A stretch of 64,000 bases of DNA, taken from NCBI RefSeq assembly GCF_009914755.1, contig NC_060948.1. One strand, given 5' to 3'. Position numbers and translations under genes: made by a program. The notes beneath the pieces were generated by a model that saw nothing but the letters and a program-made list of their open reading frames with translations, was not told where the DNA came from and did no database searches. Each line of letters opens with the position of its first letter. The first letter of the stretch is position 1. The DNA is from the human T2T-CHM13v2.0 reference genome, Homo sapiens. This document shows, one piece after another, positions 1 through 13,600 of the stretch.

Positions 1-1203
1 ATTGAATAGCATGGAATTGAATTGAATGGAATCGAATGCAATGGAATCTAATGAAACGGAAAGGAAAGGAATGGAATGGAATGGAATGGGCTGGAATGGA
101 AAGGAATCGAAACGAATGGAACGGAATCGAACTGAAGAGACTGGAATGGAATGCACTGGAATGGAAGGGAGTGTAATGGAAGGTTGTCGAAAAAAATGGA
201 ATCGAATGGAATGGAATTGAATGGAACGGAATAGAGTCGAATGGAATTGAATGGAATGGAATGGACTAGAGTGAAATGGAATCGAACCACAAGGAATGGA
301 CAGGAATAGAATGGTCTCGAATTGAATGGAATCGTATGGAATGGCATCAAACGGAATGGAATGGACAGCCACGGAATGGAATGCACTCGAATGCAATGGA
401 GTCGAAACTAATGGACTGGAATAGAATGGACTCGACTGGTACGGACTCCAATGGAATGGAATCGAATGGAAGGGAATCGAACGGAATGGACTCGAAGGGA
501 AAAGACTGCAATGGAAAGGTCTCGAAAGGAATGGAAATAAATGGAATGGAATGGAATCGAATGAAATGGAGTCAAAAGGAATGGAATCGAATGGCAAGAA
601 ATCGAATGTAATGGAATCGCAAGGAATTGATGTGAACGGAACGGAATGGAATGGAATCCAAAGGAATGGAATAGAATGGAATGGAATCGAATGGAAAGGA
701 CTCGAATGGAAATCACTCGAATAGAATGCAATTTAATAAAATAGGACCAAATGTAATGGAATGGAATGGAAAGGAATCGAAACGAAAGGAATGGAGACAG
801 ACGGAATGGAATGGAACAGAGAGCAATGGTATAGAATGGAATGGAATCATCTGGAATGGAATTGAATGGAATGGAATAATATGAAATGGAATGGAATGGA
901 ATGGAATGGAATGCCCTTGAATTAAATGGACTGGAATGGAATGGACTCGAACAGAGTGGAATGGAAAGTGTTGAGATAGAATGGAATGGACTCGTTTGGA
1001 ATGGTCTAGTAGGCAATGCAATCGACTGGCAGGGAATCAAAAGGAATGTAATCGAATGGATTGGACTGGAATGCAATGGACTCGAATAGATTGCAAACGG
1101 AATGCAAAGGAATGGAATGGAATAGTATGGAATGGAATGGAAAGGAATGGAGTGGAATAGAGTAGAGTGGAATGGAATGGACTGGAAAGAAATGGACTGG
1201 AAT

Positions 1204-1218
1204 GGAACTTTCTTGAAT
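1204..1218. promoter_or_regulatory. Consensus heat-shock element HSE-B (gGAActTTCttGAAt); intact in U1-U4 and U6 only
   Basis: Exact match to nGAAnnTTCnnGAAn, with first GAA at 1205, 4769, 8342, 11871 and 18964. Binding is not demonstrated by sequence. Confidence 0.5.
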
Positions 1219-3461
1219 GGACTGGAATCAAACGGAATGGAATGCAATGCAATCAAATGGCATGGAATAAAATAGAATGAAAGAGAATCAAATGGAATTG
1301 AATCGAATGGAATCGAATGGATTGGAAAGGAATAGAATGGAATGGAATGGAATTGAGTCAAATGGAATGGACTAGAATGGAATGGATTCGAATGGAAGGC
1401 AAAGGAATGGAATCTATTGGAATGGACTGTAATGGAATGGAATGGAAGGGATTGGAATGGACTCGAATGGAATGGACTGCAATAGAAAGGATTCGAATGG
1501 AATGAAAAAGAATTGAATGGAATAGAACAGAATGGAATGAAATCGAATGAAATGGAATGGAATAGAAAGGAATGGAAGGAAATGGAATGGAAAGGATTCG
1601 AATGGAATGCAATCGAATGGAATGGAATCGAACGGAATGGAATAAAATGGAAGAAAACTGGCAAGAAATGGAATCGAAATGAATGGAGTGTTATGGAACG
1701 GACTCAAAAGGAATTGAATGTAATAGAATGGAGTGGAGTGGACTCGAATATAATGGACTGGAATGGAATGAAATCACATGGAATGGGAACGAATGGAATG
1801 GAATGGAAAGGAATGGAATCGAATGGAAAGGAATCGAATGGAAGGGAATGAAATTGAATCAACAGGAATGGAAGGGAATAGAATAGACGGTAATGGAATG
1901 GACTCGAATTGAATGGACACGAATGCTCAAATTGAATGGACTCGAATGGAATGGAAACGAAAGGAATGTCATCGAATGGAATTGAATCGATTGGAATGAA
2001 ATCGCATAGAATGGAGTGGAATCAAATGGAATTGAATCGAAAGGAAAGGAAGCGAATGGACTGAAATGAAATGGAATGGAATTGAATGGAAAGTAATGCA
2101 ATGGAATAGAATGGAACGAAATTTCACGGAATGGAATCAAACTGAATGGAATCAAATCAATGAAATCTAATCAAATGGAATGGAAAGGAATTGAATGGAG
2201 TAGATTGGATTGGATGGGATTGGAATGAAATGTACTGCAAAGGACTCGAATTTCATGAAACGGAATGGAATGAATTGGAACGGAATGGACTCGAATGGAA
2301 TGGAATGTCATGGAATGGCATCAAATGGAATGGCATCAAATGGAATGGAATCGAATGCAATGGAATGCTATGGAATGGAATGGAATGCATTGGAATGGAA
2401 TGTCCTCTAATGGAATGGATTCGAGTGGAATGGCATCGAATATAATGGAGTCGAATGAAATGGAATTGAAAAGAATGGGATCGAATACAATGGAATATAC
2501 TGGAATGTAATGTAATGAACTCGAATGTAATTGACTGGAATGGAATGTACATGAATGGAATGTAATCGAATGGAAAGTAATCCAATGGAATAGAATCTAA
2601 TGCAATAAAATCGACTCAAATAGAGTAGAATGTAATGGAATGGAGTGCAGTGCAATGGAATGGAATGGAATGGAATGCAATGGAATGGAATGGAATGGAA
2701 TGGAATGTAATTTAATGGAATGGGATGGAATGGTATGGAATGGATAGTAATGGACTGGAGTGAAATGGACTGGAAAGGAATGGACTCAAATTGAAAGGGC
2801 TCGAAAGGAATGGAGTCAAATGGAATGGTCTGGAATGGAATGAACACGAATGTAATGCAATCCAATAGAATGGAATCGAATGGCATGGAATATAAAGAAA
2901 TGGAATCGAAGAGAATGGAAACAAATGGAATGGAATTGAATGGAATGGAATTGAATGGAATGGGAACGAATGGAGTGAAATTGTATGCAGTAGAAGGGAA
3001 TAGAATGGAATGCAAGCGAAAGGAAAGGAATGGATTGGAATGGAATGGAATTCATTGGAATGGAAGGGAATGTAGTGTAATGGACAGGTCTGGAATAAAG
3101 TGGAATGCTACGGTCTCGAATGGAATAAAAATGTATGGAATGGAATGCAATGAAACGGAATCGAATGTCATAGAATGTAATGGAATGCAAAAAAATGGAA
3201 TCCAAAATCATTGACTGGAAAGGCTGGGTGTCGAAAGGAATTGACTCCAATGGAATGGAATCGAATGGAATGGAAGTGAATAGAATCGAACTAAATCGAA
3301 TGGAATGGAATTGATAGGAACGGAATGGAAAGGAATGCAATGATTTGGCATGGAATGGAATCGAATGGCATCGAATGGAATGGAATGGAATGCAATGGAA
3401 TGGAAAGTATTAGAATGTAATGAACTTTAATGGAATGTACTCGAATGGATTCGACTGGAAT

Positions 3462-3476
3462 GGAATGTTCTGGAAG
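3462..3476. promoter_or_regulatory. Consensus heat-shock element HSE-C (gGAAtgTTCtgGAAg); present in every complete monomer
   Basis: Exact match to nGAAnnTTCnnGAAn about 100 bp before the end of each unit (e.g. 3463, 7036, 10575, 14114). Confidence 0.55.
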
Positions 3477-3741
3477 TGAATGGACTCCAATGGAATGGAT
3501 TCCAAAGGAATGGAATCGTACGGAATGGAATCTAATGGAATGGAATTAAATGGAAATGAATCAAATTGAATAGCACGGAATTGAATTGAATGGAATGGAA
3601 TGCAATGGAATCTAATGAAACGGAAAGGAAAGGAATGGAATGGAATGGAATGGGCTGGAATGGAAAGGAATCGAAACGAATGGAATGGAATCGAACTGAA
3701 GAGACTGGAATGGAATGCACTGGAATGGAAGGGAGTGTAAT

Positions 3742-3756
3742 GGAAGGTTCTCGAAA
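3742..3756. promoter_or_regulatory. Consensus heat-shock element HSE-A (gGAAggTTCtcGAAa); present in U2-U18
   Basis: Exact match to nGAAnnTTCnnGAAn at unit offset ~+178; broken in U1 (GAAggTTGtcGAA, 179-191). Confidence 0.55.
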
Positions 3757-6244
3757 AAAATGGAATCGAATGGAATGGAATTGAATGGAACGGAATAGAG
3801 TCGAATGGAATTGAATGGAATGGAATGGACTAGAGTGAAATGGAATCGAACCACAAGGGATGGACAGGAATACAATGGTCTCGAATTGAATGGAATCGTA
3901 TGGAATGGCATCAAACGGAATGGAATGGACAGCCACGGAATGGAATGCACTCGAATGCAATGGAGTCGAAACAAATGGACTGGAATAGAATGGACTCGAC
4001 TGGTACGGACTCCAATGGAATGGAATCGAATGGAAGGGAATCGAACGGAATGGACTCGAAGGGAAAAGACTGCAATGGAAAGGTCTCGAATGGAATGGAA
4101 ATTAATGGAATGGAATGGAATCCAATGAAATGGAGTCAAAAGGAATGGAATCGAATGGCAAGAAATCGAATGTAATGGAATCGCCAGGAATTGATGTGAA
4201 CGGAACGGAATGGAATGGAATCCAAAGGAATGGAATAGAATGGAATGGAATCGAATGGAAAGGACTCGAATGGAAATCACTCGAATAGAATGCAATTTAA
4301 TAAAATAGGATCAAATGTAATGGAATGGAATGGAAAGGAATCGAAACGAAAGGAATGGAGACAGATGGAATGGAATGGAACAGAGAGCAATGGTATAGAA
4401 TGGAATGGAATCATCTGGAATGGAATTGAATGGAATGGAATAATATGAAATGGAATGGAATGGAATGGAATGGAATGCCCTTGAATTAAATGGACTGGAA
4501 TGGAATGGACTCGAACAGAGTGGAATGGAAAGTGTTGAGATAGAATGGAATGGACTCCTTTGGAATGGTGTAGTATGCAATGCAATCGACTGGCAGGGAA
4601 TCAAAAGGAATGTAATGGAATGGACTGGACTGGAATGCAATGGACTCGAATAGATTGGAAACGGAATGCAAAGGAATGGAATGGAATAGTATGGAATGGA
4701 ATGGAAAGGAATGGAGTGGAATAGACTAGAGTGGAATGGAATGGACTGGAAAGCAATGGACTGGAATGGAACTTTCTTGAATGGACTGGAATCAAACGTA
4801 ATGGAATGCAATGCAATCAAATGGCATGGAATAAAATAGAATGAAGAAAATGAAATGGAATTGAATCGAATGGAATCGAATGGATTGGAAAGGAATAGAA
4901 TGGAATGGAATGGAATTGACTCAAATGGAATGGACTAGAATGGAATGGATTCGAATGGAAGGCAAAGGAATGGAATCTATTGGAATGGACTGTAATGGAA
5001 TGGAATGGAAGGGATTGGAATGGACTCGAATGGAATGGACTGCAATAGAAAGGATTCGAATGGAATGAAAAAGAATTGAATGGAATAGAACAGAATGGAA
5101 TCAAATCGAATGAAATGGAATGGAATAGAAAGGAATGGAATGAAATGGAATGGAAAGGATTCGAATGGAATGCAATCGAATGGAATGGAATCGAACGGAA
5201 TGGAATAAAATGGAAGAAAACTGGCAAGAAATGGAATCGAAATGAATGGAGTGTTATGGAACGGACTCAAAAGGAATTGAATGTAATAGAATGGAGTGGA
5301 GTGGACTCGAATATAATGGACTGGAATGGAATGAAATCACATGGAATGGGAACGAATGGAATGGAATGGAAAGGAATGGAATCGAATGGAAAGGAATCGA
5401 ATGGAAGGGAATGAAATTGAATCAACAGGAATGGAAGGGAATAGAATAGACGGTAATGGAATGGACTCGAATAGAATGGACACGAATGCTCAAATTGAAT
5501 GGACTCGAATGGAATGGAAACGAAAGGAATGTCATCGAATGGAATTGAATCGATTGGAATGAAATCGCATAGAATGGAGTGGAATCAAATGGAATTCAAT
5601 CGAAAGGAAAGGAAGCGAATGGACTGAAATGAAATGGAATGGAATTGAATGGAAAGTTATGTAATGGAATACAATGGAACGAAATTTCACGGAATGGAAT
5701 CAAACTGAATGGAATCAAATCAATGGAATCAAATCAAATGGAATGGAAAGGAATTGAATGGAGTAGATTGGATGGGATGGGATTGGAATGAAATGTACTG
5801 GAAAGGACTCGAATTTCATGAAACGGAATGGAATGAATTGGAACGGAATGGATTCGAATGGAATGGAATGTCAGGGAATGGCATCAAATGGAATGGCATC
5901 AAATGGAATGGAATCGAATGCAATGGAATGCTATGGAATGGAATGGAATGCATTGGAATGGAATGTCCTCTAATGGAATGGATTCGAGTGGAATGGAATC
6001 GAATATAATGGAGTCGAATGAAATGGAATTGAAAGGAATAGGATCGAATACAATGGAATATACTGGAATGTAATTTAATGAACTCGAATGTAATTGACTG
6101 GAATGGAATGTACATGAATGGAATGTAATCGAATGGAAAGTAATCCAATGGAATAGAATCTAATGCAATAAAATCGACTCAGATAGAGTAGAATGTAATG
6201 GAATGGAGTGCAGTGCAATGGAATGGAATGGAATGGAATGCAAT

Positions 6245-6304
6245 GGAATGGAATGGAATGGAATGGAATGGAATGGAATGGAATGGAATGGAATGGAATG
6301 GAAT
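6245..6304 (+). repeat. Pure (GGAAT)n microsatellite core; one variable tract per monomer, longest example shown (12 copies)
   Basis: Perfect run located after GCAGTGCAAT(GGAAT)4GCAAT; copy number varies between units. Confidence 0.85.
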
Positions 6305-7137
6305 GGTGTGGAATGGATAGTAATGGACTGGAGTGAAATGGACTGGAAAGGAATGGACTCAAATTGAAAGGGCTCGAAAGGAATGGAATCAAATGGAATG
6401 GTCTGGAATGGAATGAACACGAATGTAATGCAATCCAATAGAATGGAATCGAATGGCATGGAATATAAAGAAATGGAATCGAAGAGAATGGAAACAAATG
6501 GAATGGAATTGAGTGGAATGGAATTGAATGGAATGGGAACGAATGGAGTGAAATTGTATGCAGTAGAAGAGAATAGAATGGAATGCAAGCGAAAGGAAAG
6601 GAATGGATTGGAATGGAATGCAATTCATTGGAATGGAAGGGAATGTAGTGTAATGGACAGGCCTGGAATAAAGTGGAATGCTACGGTCTCGAATGGAATA
6701 AAAATGTATGGAATGGAATGCAATGAAACGGAATCGAATGTCATAGAATGTAATGGAATGCAACAAAATGGAATCCAAAATCATTGACTGGAAAGGCTGG
6801 GTGTCGAAAGGAATTGACTCCAATGGAATGGAATCGAATGGAATGGAAGTGAATAGAATCGAACTAAATCGAATGGAATGGAATTGATAGGAACGGAATG
6901 GAAAGGAATGCAATGATTTGGCATGGAATGGAATCGAATGGCATCGAATGGAATGGAATGGAATGCAATGGAATGGAATGTATTAGAATGTAATGAACTT
7001 TAATGGAATGTACTCGAATGGATTCGACTGGAATGGAATGTTCTGGAAGTGAATGGACTCCAATGGAATGGATTCAAAAGGAATGGAATCGTACGGAATG
7101 GAATCTAATGGAATGGAATTAAATGGAAATGAATCAA

Positions 7138-10100
7138 ATTGAATAGCACGGAATTGAATTGAATGGAATGGAATGCAATGGAATCTAATGAAACGGAAAG
7201 GAAAGGAATGGAATGGAATGGAATGGGCTGGAATGGAAAGGAATCGAAACGAATGGAATTAAATCGAACTGAAGAGACTGGAATGGAATGCACTGGAATG
7301 GAAGGGAGTGTAATGGAAGGTTCTCGAAAAAAATGGAATCGAATGGAATGGAATTGAATGGAACGGAATAGAGTCGAATGGAATTGAATGGAATGGAATG
7401 GACTAGAGTGAAATGGAATCGAACCACAAGGAATGGACAGGAATAGAATGGTCTCGAATTGAATGGAATCGTATGGAATGGCATCAAACGGAATGGAATG
7501 GACAGCCACGGAATGGAATGCACTCGAATGCAATGGAGTCGAAACTAATGGACTGGAATAGAATGGACTCGACTGGTACGGACTCCAATGGAAGGGAATC
7601 GAATGGAAGGGAATCGAACGGAATGGACTCGAAGGGAAAAGACTGCAATGGAAAGGTCTCGAATGGAATGGAAATTAATGGAATGGAATGGAATCCAATG
7701 AAATGGAGTCAAAAGGAATGGAATCGAATGGCAAGAAATCGAATGTAATGGAATCGCAAGGAATTGATGTGAACGGAACGGAATGGAATGGAATCCAAAG
7801 GAATGGAATAGAATGGAATGGAATCGAATGGAAAGGACTCGAATGGAAATCACTCGAATAGAATGCAACTTAATAAAATAGGATCAAATGTAATGGAATG
7901 GAATGGAAAGGAATCGAAACGAAAGGAATGGAGACAGATGGAATGGAATAGAACAGAGAGCAATGGTATAGAATGGAAAGGAATCATCTGGAATGGAATT
8001 GAATGGAATGGAATAATATGAAATGGAATGGAATGGAATGGAATGGAATGCCCTTGAATTAAATGGACTGGAATGGAAGGGACTCGAACAGAGTGGAATG
8101 GAAAGTGTTGAGATAGAATGGAATGGACTCGTTTGGAATGGTCTAGTATGCAATGCAATCGACTGGCAGGGAATCAAAAGGAATGTAATCGAATGGATTG
8201 GACTGGAATGCAATGGACTCGAATAGATTGCAAACGGAATGCAAAGGAATGGAATGGAATAGTATGGAATGGAATGGAAAGGAATGGAGTGGAATAGACT
8301 AGAGTGGAATGGAATGGACTGGGAAGCAATGGACTGGAATGGAACTTTCTTGAATGGACTAGAATCAAACGGAATGGAATGCAATGCAATCAAATGGCAT
8401 GGAATAAAATAGAATGAAAGAGAATCAAATGGAATTGAATCGAATGGAATCGAATGGATTGGAAAGGAATAGAATGGAATGGAATGGAATGGACTAGAAT
8501 GGAATGGATTCGAATGGAAGGCAAAGGAATGGAATCTATTGGAATGGACTGTAATGGAATGGAATGGAAGGGATTGGAATGGACTCGAATGGAATGGACT
8601 GCAATAGAAAGGATTCGAATGGAATGAAAAAGAATTGAATGGAATAGAACAGAATGGAATGAAATCGAATGAAATGGAATGGAATAGAAAGGAATGGAAT
8701 GAAATGGAATGGAAAGGATTCGAATGGAATGCAATCGAATGGAATGGAATCGAACGGAATGGAATAAAATGGAAGAAAACTGGCAAGAAATGGAATCGAA
8801 ATGAATGGAGTGTTATGGAACGGACTCAAAAGGAATTGAATGTAATAGAATGGAGTGGAGTGGACTCGAATATAATGGACTGGAATGGAATGAAATCACA
8901 TGGAATGGGAACGAATGGAATGGAATGGAAAGGAATGGAATCGAATGGAAAGGAATCGAATGGAAGGGAATGAAATTGAATCAACAGGAATGGAAGGGAA
9001 TAGAATAGACGGTAATGGAATGGAATCGAATAGAATGGACACGAATGCTCAAATTGAATGGACTCGAATGGAATGGAAACGAAAGGAATGTCATCGAATG
9101 GAATTGAATCGATTGGAATGAAATCGCATAGAATGGAGTGGAATCAAATGGAATTGAATCGAAAGGAAAGGAAGCGAATGGACTGAAATGAAATGGAATG
9201 GAATTGAATGGAAAGTAATGCAATGGAATAGAATGGAACGAAATTTCACGGAATGGAATCAAACTGAATGGAATCAAATCAATGGAATCCAATCAAATGG
9301 AATGGAGTAGATTGGATTGGATGGGATTGGAATGAAATGTACTGGAAAGGACTCGAATTTCATGAAACGGAATGGAATGAATTGGAACGGAATGGACTCG
9401 AATGGAATGGAATGTCATAGAATGGCATCAAATGGAATGGCATCAAATGGAATGGAATCGAATGCAATGGAATGCTATGGAATGGAATGGAATGCATTGG
9501 AATGGAATGTCCTCTAATTGAATGGATTCGAGTGGAATGGAATCGAATATAATGGTGTCGAATGAAATGGAATTGAAAGGAATGGGATCGAATACAATGG
9601 AATATACTGGAATGTAATGTAATGAACTCGAATGTAATTGACTGGAATGGAATGTACATGAATGGAATGTAATCGAATGGAAAGTAATCCAATGGAATAG
9701 AATCTAATGCAATAAAATCGACTCAGATAGAGTAGAATGTAATGGAATGGAGTGCAGTGCAATGGAATGGAATGCAATGGAATGCAATGGAATGGAATGG
9801 AATGGAATGGAATGGAATGGAATGGAATGGAATGGGATGGAATGGTATGGAATGGATGGTAATGGACTGGAGTGAAATGGACTGGAAAGCAATGGACTCA
9901 AATTGAAAGGGCTTGAAAGGAATGGAGTCAAATGGAATGGTCTGGAATGGAATGAACACGAAAGTAATGCAATCCAATAGAATGGAATCGAATGGCATGG
10001 AATATAATGAAATGGAATCGAAGAGAATGGAAACAAATGGAATGGAATTGAATGGAATGGAATTGAATGGAATGGGAACGAATGGAGTGAAATTGTATGC

Positions 10101-10676
10101 AGTAGAAGGGAATAGAATGGAATGCAAGCGAAAGGAAAGGAATGGATTGGAAAGGAATGGAATTCATTGGAATGGAAGGGAATGTAGTGTAATGGACAGG
10201 CCTGGAATAAAGTGGAATGCTACGGTCTTGAATGGAATAAAAATGTATGGAATGGAATGCAATGAAACGGAATCGAATGTCATAGAATGTAATGGAATGC
10301 AAAAAACTGGAATCCAAAATCATTGACTGGAAAGGCTGGGTGTCGAAAGGAATTGACTCCAATGGAATGGAATCGAATGGAATGGAAGTGAATAGAATCG
10401 AACTAAATCGAATGGAATGGAATTGATAGGAACGGAATGGAAAGGAATGCAATGATTTGGCACGGAATGGAATCGAATGGCATCGAACGGAATGGAATGG
10501 AATGCAATTGAATGGAACGTATTAGAATGTAATGAACTTTAATGGAATGTACTCGAATGGATTCGACTGGAATGGAATGTTCTGGAAGTGAATGGACTCC
10601 AATGGAATGGATTCAAAAGGAATGGAATCGTACGGAATGGAATCTAATGGAATGGAATTAAATGGAAATAAATCAA
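7138..10676. repeat. DYZ1 monomer U3 (3539 bp)
   Basis: Landmark spacing; 15-bp deletions near 8490 and 9300. Confidence 0.9.
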
Positions 10677-13600
10677 ATTGAATAGCATGGAATTGAATTG
10701 AATGGAATCGAATGCAATGGAATCTAATGAAACGGAAAGGAAAGGAATGGAATGGAATGGAATGGGCTGGAATGGAAAGGAATCGAAACGAATGGAATGG
10801 AATCGAACTGACGAGACTGGAATGGAATGCACTGGAATGGAAGGGAGTGTAATGGAAGGTTCTCGAAAAAAATGGAATGGAATGGAATGGAATTGAATGG
10901 AACGGAATAGAGTCAAATGGATTTGAATGGAATGGAATGGACTAGAGTGAAATGGAATCGAACAACAAGGAATGGACAGGAATAGAATGGTCTCGAATTG
11001 AATGGAATCGTATGGAATGGCATCAAACGGAATGGAATGGACAGCCACGGAATGGAATGCACTCGAATGCAATGGAGTCGAAACTAATGGACTGGAATAG
11101 AATGGATTCGACTGGTACGGACTCCAATGGAATGGAATCGAATGGAAGGGAATCGAACGGAACGGACTCGAAGGGAAAAGACTGCAATGGAAAGGTCTCG
11201 AATGGAATGGAAATTAATGGAATGGAATGGAATCGAATGAAATGGAGTCAAAAGGAATGGAATCGAATGGCAAGAAATCGAATGTAATGGAATCGCAAGG
11301 AATTGATGTGAACGGAACGGAATGGAATGGAATCCAAAGGAATGGAATAGAATGGAATGGAATCGAATGGAAAGGTCTCGAATGGAAATCACTCGAATAG
11401 AATGCAATTTAATAAAATAGGATCAAATGTAATGGAATGGAATGGAAAGGAATCGAAACGAAAGGAATGGAGACAGATGGAATGGAATGGAACAGAGAGC
11501 AATGGTATAGAATGGAATGGAATCATCAGGAATGGAATTGAATGGAATGGAATAATATGAAATGGAATGGAATGGAATGCCCTTGAATTAAATGGACTGG
11601 AATGGAATGGACTCGAACAGAGTGGAATGGAAAGTGTTGAGATAGAATGGAATGGACTCGTTTGGAATGGTCTAGTATGCAATGCAATCGACTGGCAGGG
11701 AATCAAAAGGAATGTAATGGAATGGATTGGACTGGAATGCAATGGACTCGAATAGATTGGAAACGGAATGCAAAGGAATGGAATGGAATAGTATGGAATG
11801 GAATGGAAAGGAATGGAGTGGAATAGACTAGAGTGGAATGGAATGGACTGGAAAGCAATAGACTGGAATGGAACTTTCTTGAATGGACTGGAATCAAACG
11901 GAATGGAATGCAAGGCAATCAAATGGCATGGAATAAAATAGAATGAAAGAGAATCAAATGGAATTGAATCGAATGGAATCAAATGGATTGGAAAGGAACA
12001 GAATGGAATGGAATGGAATTGACTCAAATGGAATGGACTAGAATGGAATGGATTCGAATGGAAGGCAAAGGAATGGAATCTATTGGAATGGACTGGAATG
12101 GAATGGAAGGAATTGGAATGGACTCGAATGGAATGGACTGCAATAGAAAGGATTCGAATGGAATGAAAAAGAATTGAATGGAATAGAACAGAATGGAATC
12201 AAATCGAATGAAATGGAATGGAATAGAAAGGAATGGAATGAAATGGAATGGAATGCAATCGAATGGAATGGAATCGAACGGAATGGAATAAAATGGAAGA
12301 AAACTGGCAAGAAATGGAATAGAAATGAATGGAGTGTTATGGAACGGACTCAAAAGGAATTGAATGTAATAGAATGGAGTGGAGTGGACTCGAATATAAT
12401 GGACTGGAATGGAATGAAATCACATGGAATGGGAACGAATGGAATGGAATGGAAAGGAATGGAATCGAATGGAAAGGAATCGAATGGAAGGGAATGAAAT
12501 TGAATCAACAGGAATGGAAGGGAATAGAATAGACGGTGATGGAATGGACTCGAATTGAATGGACACGAATGCTCAAATTGAATGGACAAGAATGGAATGG
12601 AAACGAAAGGAATGTCATCGAATGGAATTGAATCGATTGGAATGAAATCGCATAGAATGGAGTGGAATCAAATGGAATTGAATCGAAAGGAAAGGAAGCG
12701 AATGGACTGAAATGAAATGGAATGGAATTGAATGGAAAGTAATGCAATGGAATAGAATGGAACGAAATTTCACGGAATGGAATCAAACTGAATGGAATCA
12801 AATCAATGGAATCTAATCAAATGGAATGGAAAGGAATTGAATGGAGTAGACTGGATTGGATGGGATTGGAATGAAATGTACTGGAAAGGACTCGAATTTC
12901 ATGAAACGGAATGGAATGAATTGGAAAGGAATGGACTCGAATGGAATGGAATGTCATGGAATGGCATCAAATGGAATGGCATCAAATGGAATGGAATCGA
13001 ATGCAATGCAATGCTATGGAATGGAATGGAATGCATTGGAATGGAATGTCCTCTAATGGAATGGATTCGAGTGGAATGGAATCGAATATAATGGAGTCGA
13101 ATGAAATGGAATTGAAAAGAATGGGATCGAATACCATGGAATATACTGGAATGTAATGTAATGAACTCGAATGTAATTGACTGGAATGGAATGTACATGA
13201 ATGGAATGTAATCGAATGGAAAGTAATCCAATGGAATAGAAACTAATGCAATAAAATCGACTCAAATAGAGTAGAATGTAATGGAATGGAGTGCAGTGCA
13301 ATGGAATGGAATGGAATGGAATGCAATGGAATGGAATGGAATGTTATGGAATGGAATGGAATGGATTGGAATGGGATGGAATGGTATGGAATGGATAGTA
13401 ATGGACTGGAGTGAAATGGACTGGAAAGGAATGGACTCAAATTGAAAGGGCTCGAAAGGAATGGAGTCAAATGGAATAGTCTGGAATGGAATGAACACGA
13501 ATGTAATGCAATCCAATAGAATGTAATCGAATGGCATGGAATATAAAGAAATGGAATCGAAGAGAATGGAAACAAATGGAATGGAATTGAATGGAATGGA

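Larger units (their letters stand above)
1..3564. repeat. DYZ1 monomer U1 (3564 bp; arbitrary phase starting at ATTGAATAGC)
   Basis: Landmark ATTGAATAGC at 1 and 3565; ORF-track marker MESNHK at 276 and 3840. Confidence 0.9.
3565..7137. repeat. DYZ1 monomer U2 (3573 bp)
   Basis: Landmark spacing; long pure GGAAT tract at ~6245-6304; 1-bp deletion near 4845. Confidence 0.9.

Noticed and set aside
734-739. AATAAA polyadenylation-like hexamers, several per unit
   Set aside because: They arise from AATGGA by two G>A changes, and there is no downstream GU-rich element or transcript evidence in the sequence.
408-1664. Long minus-strand ORFs (up to 418 aa, HSIPF-rich) and plus-strand MEWNG-rich ORFs repeated in every unit
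   Set aside because: (ATTCC)n and (GGAAT)n contain no stop codon in any frame and translate to IPFHS/MEWNG. ORF ends shift with 5-bp indels, and there is no domain or codon signal.
3222-3233. GGCTGGGTGTCG, resembling the 5' end of Alu (GGCTGGGTG/GGCCGGGCG)
   Set aside because: Only ~9 bp of similarity, in pentamer register, with no further Alu sequence.
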